A stretch of DNA of 39,905 nt from contig NC_057752.1 of assembly GCF_004010195.1 (NCBI RefSeq), positions 14,612,762 through 14,652,666 of the forward strand, in the 5' to 3' direction. The number at the start of each line of letters is the position of its first letter. Position 1 is the stretch's first letter. The translations under genes and the position numbers were made by a program. This stretch comes from Chiloscyllium plagiosum (taxonomy: Eukaryota). The notes under the pieces were generated by a model, which was not told the DNA's origin, ran no database searches, and was given only the letters and a program-made list of their open reading frames with translations. Positions 32,394 to 39,905 of the stretch are shown piece after piece.

Positions 32394-32934
32394 TGTGTGA
32401 TGTGTCCTTTCCTGCTTCAGCAGAGATCTCTGGGTTTAAATCTGAGCCAATACATTCCTGGAGCGATGGATTTACATCCATCTGTGGGATCTCCATGGGG
32501 ATGCTCAACTTGAAGTATCATTCAATGTCAATAAGAAATAAAACTGAACAAACATATTACCACAGTGAGTTAATTCCCAATGCTACTGGTTCGGTGTTTT
32601 TTTAGGAATGATCTTCTATTACACAATTCAAATGGTAATGATTGGAAACAAGTCGTAGTAATCTTGCAGAAATCTCAGTGACCACTTTAACACAACAGAT
32701 TCAAGCCCAGATTCCACTTCAATTCTGTCTTCATATTGACTGTGTCCATTCAGTCTTTATCCTCTGAGTTTTCCAGAGAATCTCTCAGGGTCATTGTACT
32801 GGGCTCTGGGATGTAACTGCCTTCTCTAAACCTGGCTATTCACTTCACTGATTAACTAGAGTGATGTGTGATCCTGCATTGCAGAATTGAACTCATATAC
32901 CATCAGAATGAATTCATGACTGTGAAATATAACA

Positions 32935-33110
32935 ATGTTAATTCAGTTGGCTGGATAGCTGGTTTACAATAAAGAGCAATGCCAGGAGTAGTTACCATGA
33001 AGTTTCTGCATTCTCATCGTGCCCCTTGCCTGAGCTATGGCGACCTTCAGGTTAAACACACCACCACTTGTCTGACAAGAGAGTGGGACTCTGGTATTGA
33101 ATGGTCGTTA
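32935..33110 (+). mobile_element. Decayed tRNA-derived SINE-like repeat (non-HE1)
   Basis: TCAGTTGGCTGGATAGCTGGTTT A-box-like head and GCCTGAG..ATGGCGACCTTCAGGTTAAAC.CACCACC body; B box absent. Confidence 0.35.
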
Positions 33111-33394
33111 TATAATATATATGTACTTCAGTCAAATCCCTTGGAGGTGATTGTCCAGAGGACAGATTTATTCACACAATTTTAACAAATCGTGTTTCTT
33201 GTATCGCAGCTTTGTGTCTATTTTCAGCCAATTCAGCCAATCTCATTGTTATTTCTTGCATCTGCGTTAGTTCTTTGTGTTCTTAAGTATCCTTCTCTGT
33301 AATCGATGCATGTCCATCTGACTGTTCAGTTCCCATCACCAACACTGTAAGATGCATCAAATAGAATGAAATTAAATGAAATAGAATACCAGAC

Positions 33395-34237
33395 TAATGC
33401 CATTTACAAGTTCACTGATGACATCGTCGGTCGAATCTCAGATGGCAATGAAACAGACTACAGACGGAAGGTAGAAGATCTGGAAAAATATTGCACTGAG
33501 GACAACCTTGCTCTCAATGCCGGCAAAACCAACTGATTGACAAAACCAAAAACCATTATTGACTTTCGGCAGGATACTACTCATGCCCCCCGCCCCCATG
33601 CACATTAGCAGCATAGAGGTTGAAAGAATGTGGAGAGTGTCAAGCTCCTGGGAGTGGCCATCAACAACGAGTTTTATGTGGACACACTGTTTACAAAGGC
33701 CCAACAAAGTCTCTTCTTCCTCAGACAACTGGGGAAATTTGGCATGACAGCGAATACCCTTGCCAACGTTCATAGTTGCGCCATCGAGAGCATTCTGTCT
33801 CTATGTATCACTACCTGGCATTGTAATTGTACTATTTAAGATCAGAGACGGTTACAGAGAGTGGTGAACTCGGCAAGGCCAACCTTCCATCTATAGGATC
33901 CATCTCTGAGGCCCGCTGTCAAGGAAAGGCCGCCAGCATTCTCCAAGATCCATACCACCCTGGCAATGCTTTGCTACAATGTCTACCATCGGGGAGAAGT
34001 TACAGAAGTCTGAACAAGTGCTGGTTTTGAAACAGTTTCTAACCTAGAATACTGAATGGACTCACAAACTGTTAGCATTCGCCTGTACCTGTGTTTTTGT
34101 TTTTTGCTGCTGTTTAACTATTATTTACTTATTAACTATGTAATCTGCCTGTATTGCTTGCAAGAAAAAGCTTTTCACTGTGCCTTGGTACATGTGACAG
34201 TAAATTCAATTCAATTTAATTTCATTCAATTTAATTC
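33395..34237 (+). mobile_element. Rex1/Babar-clade LINE, 5'-truncated
   Basis: IYKFTDD..GRISDGNETDYRRKVEDLEKYCTEDNLALNAGKT, IIDFR, ESVKLLGV..KAQQSLFFLRQLGKFGM..CAIESIL..CITTW and HPGNALLQCLPSGRSYRSL motifs; (ATTCA)n tail. Confidence 0.9.
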
Positions 34238-36725
34238 AACCGATCTCATTCCTTGTTTCCCATAGCAACCTTGGATATATCTGTTTCGGCCCTGGAGACT
34301 TATCTACCTTGATGCTTCCCAGAATTTCCAGCACATCCACTTTATTAATATCAATCTGTTCAAGCCAATTAGCGTGGTCCACGGTACTCTCACTATCAAC
34401 AAGGTCCCTCTCTCTCTCTCTCGTGAATAGTGAAGCAAAAAAACTCATTTAGCCGCCCACCCCCCAACTCACACCTCCTCACACTCCAGGTACAAGTTCC
34501 GTCCAATATCCCTGATCACCCTCTCTCTGATCATTCTCTTATTCCTCAACTAAGTGTAGAACACCTTTGGGTTTTCGCAACTCCTTCCTGCAAAGGCTTC
34601 TTCGTGACCCCTCCTAAATCTCCTCAGTCCATTTTGAGATCTTTTCTAGCTGCCCTGTATTCTGCTAAAGCTGTGCCAGATCCTTGCTTCATCAACCTTA
34701 AGTAAGCTTCCTTCTTCCTCTTGACGAGAAGCTCCACTTCATCCGAGGCTCCTCCACCTTACCATTCCTTGCCTGTCTCAGTGGAGCAAAGTTATTCAAC
34801 ACTCATGACAAGTTCTCCTTAAACAGTCTCCACGTTTCTGTTGTGCATTTCCTGCAGAGCAATTGTTCCCAATTTATACTCCACAGCTCCTGTCTAATAG
34901 CAGTATAATTTTCCCTCCCCCAATTAAATACCTTCCCATACTGCCTGTTCCTATCCCTCTTCATGGCTATGGTAAAGGCGAGGCAGTTGTGGTAACTTTC
35001 ACCGAAATGCTCTCCCATCAAGAGATCTGACACCTGGCCTGGTTCGTTGCCTCGCACCAATACTAATATGGCCTCCCCCCTACCTGGCCGCTCTACATAT
35101 TGAGTCAGGAATCCTTCCTGCACACACCTGACAAAATCGGCTCCATCCAGGTCATCTGCACTAAGGACGTTCCAATCAATACTGGGGAACTTGAAGTCAC
35201 CCATAACAACAAGTCTGTTACATCTGCACTCTTCCAAGATCTGCTCTCCAATCTGTTTTTCTATCTCTCTGCTGCTATTGGGGGGGAGGGGGAGAGGAAC
35301 TATAGAAAACACCCAATAAAGTGACTGCTCCTTTCCTTTTACTGACTTCCACCCATACTGACTCAGTAGACAAACCCTCCTCAACAACCTCCTTTTCTAC
35401 ACTCTCGAATTAACAATGCTCCTCCCTTCTGTTGTTAATAAAAGGTCTAAACCCTGGAACATCCAGCAACCTTTCCTACTCCCGTGAAATGGATGTCTCC
35501 ATTATGATCACAACATCGTAGTTCCAATCCATGCTCGAAGTTCATCACTCTTCGTTTAGCACGGCCACTTCACCTAACCTGCACATCTTTGGATTGTGGG
35601 AGGAAACCAGAGCACCCAGAGTAAACCCACGCAGACACGGGGAGAATGTGCAAACTCCACACCGACAGTTGTCTGAGGCAGGTATTGAACCCGGGTCTCT
35701 GGTGCTGTCAGGCAGCAGTGTTAACCACTGTGCCACCGTGCCGCCACCCGCTTGTGTATCCTTCCTGACAGAATCTCTGCATTCTATTTCTGCCCCTTCA
35801 ACAACTACCCTCGACTCTGATCTGCAGCTCTGATTCCCACCCCCCTGCCAAACCAGTTTAAACTCTCCCGAAGTGCTCCAGCAAATCTCCTGGCACGGAC
35901 ATTGGTGCGCCTCCAGTTTTAGAGCATCCCAGCTCAGATACATCCCATGTACAGGTCCCACCTTCACCAGAAGGTACCCAATGCCCTACTTATTTGAATC
36001 CCTCCCTCCTGCACCAGCCCTGTCGTCACGTGTTTAGCTGCACTTGTTCCCTGTTCCCCGCCTCACAAGCATGTGACACCAGTAGTAATCCTGAGATTAA
36101 TACTCTGCTCATCCAGCTTTTTACCTTCTAACCTTACTCCCTGAAATCACTTTTTAGATCCTTATCCGTTTTCCTAGAAGTATCATTGGTGCCACTGTGC
36201 ACAATGACTTCTGGTTGCTCACCCTCCCCCTTCAGAATATTGTAAACTCGTTCAGAGACATCACGGGTGCTGACACTTGAGAGGGAACATACCTTCCAGG
36301 AGTCCCGATCACGGCCACAGAATCTCCTGTCTGTTTCTCTCACTATTGAGTCTCGTACTACTAACACTTTTGCATTCTCCCCCTTCCCTTCTGAGCCAAA
36401 CAGCCAGAGACCTGGCCACAATGGCTTTCCCCTGGTAGATAATACCGCCCAAACAGTATCCAACAGGTATACTTGCTATTGAGGGAATGGCCACAGGGGA
36501 TCCCAACTGTATATCTATTCCCTTTCTGTGCCCTGACTGTAACCCAACAACCTTTGTCCAGCACCTGACATGAGAATACCTCACTGAAACTGCTCTCTAT
36601 TACCCCTCTGCCTTCCGAGTGATCTAAAGTTCATCCACCTGCAGCTCCAGTTCACTACCACGATTTCCGAGGAACTGGAGTTGGAAGCACTTCCTGCAGA
36701 TGATGTCAGAGAGGACACTAGTGAC
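34238..36725 (-). mobile_element. CR1 LINE 5' portion: ORF1 (zinc finger/leucine zipper, SGNH esterase) and ORF2 endonuclease; 3' part missing
   Basis: ICRKCFQLQFL..ELELQVDEL (~36625-36705), VLVVRDSIVRETDRRFCG..VIVHSGTND (ORF 36134-36463), PPNSSREIEKQI..VVMGDFKFPSIDW..FLTQYVERP.RGEAIL (ORF 34803-35387) and FFASLFT..KSPGPKQIYPRLL (ORF 34236-34448). Confidence 0.92.
35557..35746 (-). mobile_element. HE1-type SINE 5' half inside the CR1
   Basis: Antisense GGCGGCACGGTGGCACAGTGG..GGTTCAATACC..GTGTGGAGTTTGCACATTCTCCCCGTGTC; 3' tail absent. Confidence 0.9.
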
Positions 36726-37059
36726 CTGAACAAATCGGCGCACAGAATCTTTCTTTTTTTTTGGTTAGAGGAGGAGGATGGGTGGGAAAAACTACCCAAG
36801 TAGTGTTTCAGGTAAAGCAACTGCCCAGATATGCTGCCTCACTTACTCAGCAGTCCTGTCTCAGCATGCACTCTGGCCTATACATGAGATAACTTATTAA
36901 AGGATTAATTTACCTTCCCAGCAGCCCCATCCTCCTCACTCTCAATGTTCCTGCTGCTGCTGTAAAATGGAGGCCGCTGATCCCACGAGATTCTATGAGA
37001 TCCGCCTGACTGACTTTGTTACAATCACTACAGCAGCAAGAGGAGGAAAGACGGGCACA

Positions 37060-37480
37060 GGCAGAGACAGGGACACAGAAAAATACAAGATGAGAGAGAG
37101 ATTGGACAGAAAAATAGATTGATAGATGTAGAGAGAGAGACTGGGGTGTAGAGTGAGAGAGAGACAGAGATAGAGCGAATCAAAGAGAAATAATGAAGAG
37201 AGAGAGAGGCTGAAGAGAGATGGAGTGATAGAGATGGTGACACAGTCTGTGAGAGACTGATGATGTAATGGAGAAAGGATGAGAAGGACAGAGACTTTAG
37301 CTGAGAGAGAGGCAGAGATGAAGTGAGAAAGTAAGAGCAAGATGGAATGACCAAGACGAAAGAAATGGATGGAAGGGGGGAAATGAAAGAGACAGAGACA
37401 TAGGCCAGGGCAGAGTGAAAACATCTAATAGATGGGGGTATGTCAGGTCAGGGCAAGAACAACAGAGACAGAGAGATGGA
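37060..37480. repeat. GA-rich low-complexity region
   Basis: Degenerate GAGA/GACA/GATA runs. Confidence 0.85.
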
Positions 37481-37629
37481 ATGCGAGTGGAAGAGATGTG
37501 ATGATTTGAGAGACAGTATGTTCAAGAAAGACCTTGATACCTTTTTGGGTATTAAGCTCATCAACAGGTGGGAATATGCTTTCAGTGAAAGGATCAGCCA
37601 TGATTGTATCAAATGGCAGAGCTTGCTCT

Positions 37630-38517
37630 CAGAGGAAGATAGAGGAGGTCTGATTAGCAAGTTTGCAGATGACACTAAGATTAGTCGAGTAAAAGATCGT
37701 GAAGGGGACTGTCCGAGAATGCAACAGAATACAGATAGGTTGGAGAGTTGGGCAGAGAGATGGCAGATGGAGTTCAATCCAGGCAAATGTGAGGTGATGC
37801 ATTTTGGAAGATCCAATAAGACGAGCAAACTAACCAGTAAAAGGAAAAGCCCTGGGGAAAATTGATGTGCAGAGAAATCTGGGTGTTCATGTCCATTGTA
37901 CCCTGAAGGTGGCAACGCAGGTTGATAGAGTGGTCAAGAACGCATATGGCATGCTTTCCTTCATTGAACGGGGTATTGAGTACTCGAGTTGGCAGTTCAT
38001 GTTGCAGTTGCATAGGATTTTGGTTCGCCCAAATTTGGAATACTGCATTCAGATCTGGTTGCCACATTACCAAAAAGGATGTGGATGTTTTGAAGTGGGT
38101 GCAGAGGAGGTTTGCCAGGATGTTGCCTGGTATTAAGGGTGCTAGGTATGAAGAAAGTTTGAGTAAAGTAGGGACCTGATTGAGGTCTCCAAAATCATGA
38201 GAACTATAGACACGTTGTCAGCAAGAAGCTTTTTTTCCCCCAGAGTAGGGGATTCAGTTACTGGGGGTCACGATTTCAATGGGAAGGGAAATGTTTAAGG
38301 GAGATATGCTTGGAAAGGGTGGTGGGTGCCTGGAACATGTTGCCAGCGGAGGTGGTAGAAGTGGGCATGATAGCGTCACTTAAGATGTATCTGGACAGAT
38401 ACATGAATGGGCAGGGAGCAGAGGGATACAGATCCTTAGAAAATAGGTGACAGGTTTAGATGGAGAATCTTGATTGGCGCAGGCTTGGAGTGACAAAGGG
38501 CCTGTTCCTTGCTGTAA
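37630..38517 (+). mobile_element. CR1 LINE, 5'-truncated, nested in an older CR1 3' end (~37515-37630 and ~38525-38560)
   Basis: GGLISKFADDTKI..LESWAERWQMEFNPGKCEVMHFG and QRNLGVHVH..LVRPNLEYCIQIWLP motifs. Flanks GATCAGCCATGATTGTATCAAATGGCAGAGC and GACCGACTACTGCTCC form one interrupted 3' UTR. Confidence 0.88.
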
Positions 38518-38679
38518 CTAACAGGTGACGGACCGACTACTGCTCCCAGTTTCTATCTCTAACCTAAAGTGTCGGGTGTTGGAAAAAACTCCATATGTGC
38601 ACCACATTGACAGTGCAAATATAAAAAAAAATCAAACAGCTACAAAACAGCAAAGTCTTGTGCCCTAATGGTGATCCAA

Positions 38680-39487
38680 TTGCATTCTATAAAGCTCAAT
38701 GACTTGGCCTCCAAAGCCTTCTGCGGCAATGTTTTCTACAGATTCATCACCTTCTGGATGAAGAAATTGCTCCTCATCTCAGTTCGAAAGATTTGTCCTG
38801 TGACTTGGAGGCTGTACCCTCAGGTCCTAGTCTCTCCCTAAAGTGGAAATATCTTCTCCAGGTCCACTCTATCCAAGCCTCTCAGTAGTCTGTAAGTTTC
38901 AATCAAATCCCTCTCATCCTTCCAAATTCCATGGTATACAAATGCAGAGTCCTGAATGATTCCTCATATTGCAAACACTTCAGCCCGGTGAATATTCTCG
39001 CAAACCTGCTCTGAACTCCCTTCAAAGGCAGCGCATCTTTCCTCAGATACAGGACCCAAAGCTGCTCACAATGCTCCAAATGCGGTCTGGACCAGAGCCT
39101 TATTCAGCCTTAGCAGTCCATTTTTGCTCTTGTATTCCAGCCCTCGCACAACGAATGCTAACTTTACATTCACCTTCCTAACTGCCACCTGAACATGCAT
39201 GTTAACTTTAAGAGAATCCTGAGCTGGGATACCAAGTCTCTTAATGTTTCAGCTTTCCAAAGCCGTTCCCATTTAGATAACTGCTTAAGCTTCTATTCTT
39301 CCGACCAAACGACACTTTCCCACATTATATTCCATCTGCCACTTTATTGCCCACTCCCCTAGCTTGTTCAAGTTCTTCTGCAGAGTCGCCACTTCCTCAA
39401 CACCATCTGTCCATCCAGGTATCTTTGTGCCATCTGCAAATGTAGCAAAAGTGCCCTCAGTTCCTTCACTCAGACAGTTAATATATA
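38680..39487 (-). mobile_element. Older CR1 LINE fragment
   Basis: Antisense CATCTGCAAATGT (TFAD), ATATTCCATCTGCCAC (WQMEY) and ATGAAGAAATTGCTCCTCATCTC (MRSNFF). Confidence 0.85.
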
Positions 39488-39489
39488 AG

Positions 39490-39905
39490 GTAAAAACAAT
39501 GACTGCAGATGCTGGAAACCAGATTCTGGATTAGTGGTGTTGGAAGAGCACAGCAGTTCAGGCAGCATCCAAGGAGCAGCGAAATCGACGTTTTGGGCAA
39601 AAGCCCTTCATCAGGAATAAAGGCAGTGAGCCTGGAGCATGGAGAGATAAGCTAGAGGAGGGTGCGGGTGGGGAGAAAGTAGCATAGAGTACAATAGGTG
39701 AGTGGGGGAGGGGATGAAGGCGATAGGTCAGGGAGGAGAGGGTGGAGTGGATAGGTGGAAAAGGAGATAGGCAGGTAGGACAAGTCCGGACAAGTCATGG
39801 GGACAGTGCTGAGCTGGAAGTTTGGAACTAGGGTGAGGTGGGGGAAGGGGAAATGAGGAAACTGTTGAAGTCCACATTGATGCCCTGGGATTGAAGTGTT
39901 CCGAG
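39490..39905 (-). mobile_element. Penelope-like element 3' end, running off the window
   Basis: The minus strand begins LGTLQSQGINVDFNSFLI (GIY-YIG C-terminus). The hammerhead-like CTGATGA A GGGC TTTT GCCC AAAA CGTC at ~39586-39614 has GAAA mutated to AAAA. Terminus is GACTGCAGATGCTGG. Confidence 0.88.

Noticed and set aside
36993..37424. Leu/Ser-rich membrane-like ORFs
   Set aside because: Antisense translation of GA-rich low-complexity DNA.

Overview
Eukaryotic, repeat-dominated draft-assembly sequence with three N gaps. The repeat families (HE1-type V-SINEs, CR1 LINEs with GACTCTAT tails) and a GPR139-like receptor remnant point to a cartilaginous fish, probably a shark (inference). I find no intact protein-coding gene; nearly all listed ORFs are transposon fragments or noise. 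Contents: about 15 CR1 pieces; a second CR1/L2-group LINE family; a Rex1/Babar LINE; a 5'-intact, 3'-truncated L1; several HE1 SINEs; a decayed PIF/Harbinger transposon (transposase plus a probable convergent Myb/SANT partner) that the ORF track misses; a probable Gypsy gag remnant; and a two-exon GPR139-like GPCR pseudogene on the minus strand. The most interesting signal is a set of Penelope-like element (PLE) termini carrying minimal hammerhead ribozyme motifs (CUGANGA-A-stem II-GAAA-palindromic stem III). Three of them are asymmetric inverted hairpins, two with 13-16 bp target-site duplications (TSDs), and one of those encloses 127 bp of unassigned DNA. Two SINE-derived minisatellites (53 bp and 33 bp units) are also present. 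All family assignments come from manual reading and remembered consensus motifs, not database searches. Boundaries of old repeats are approximate.
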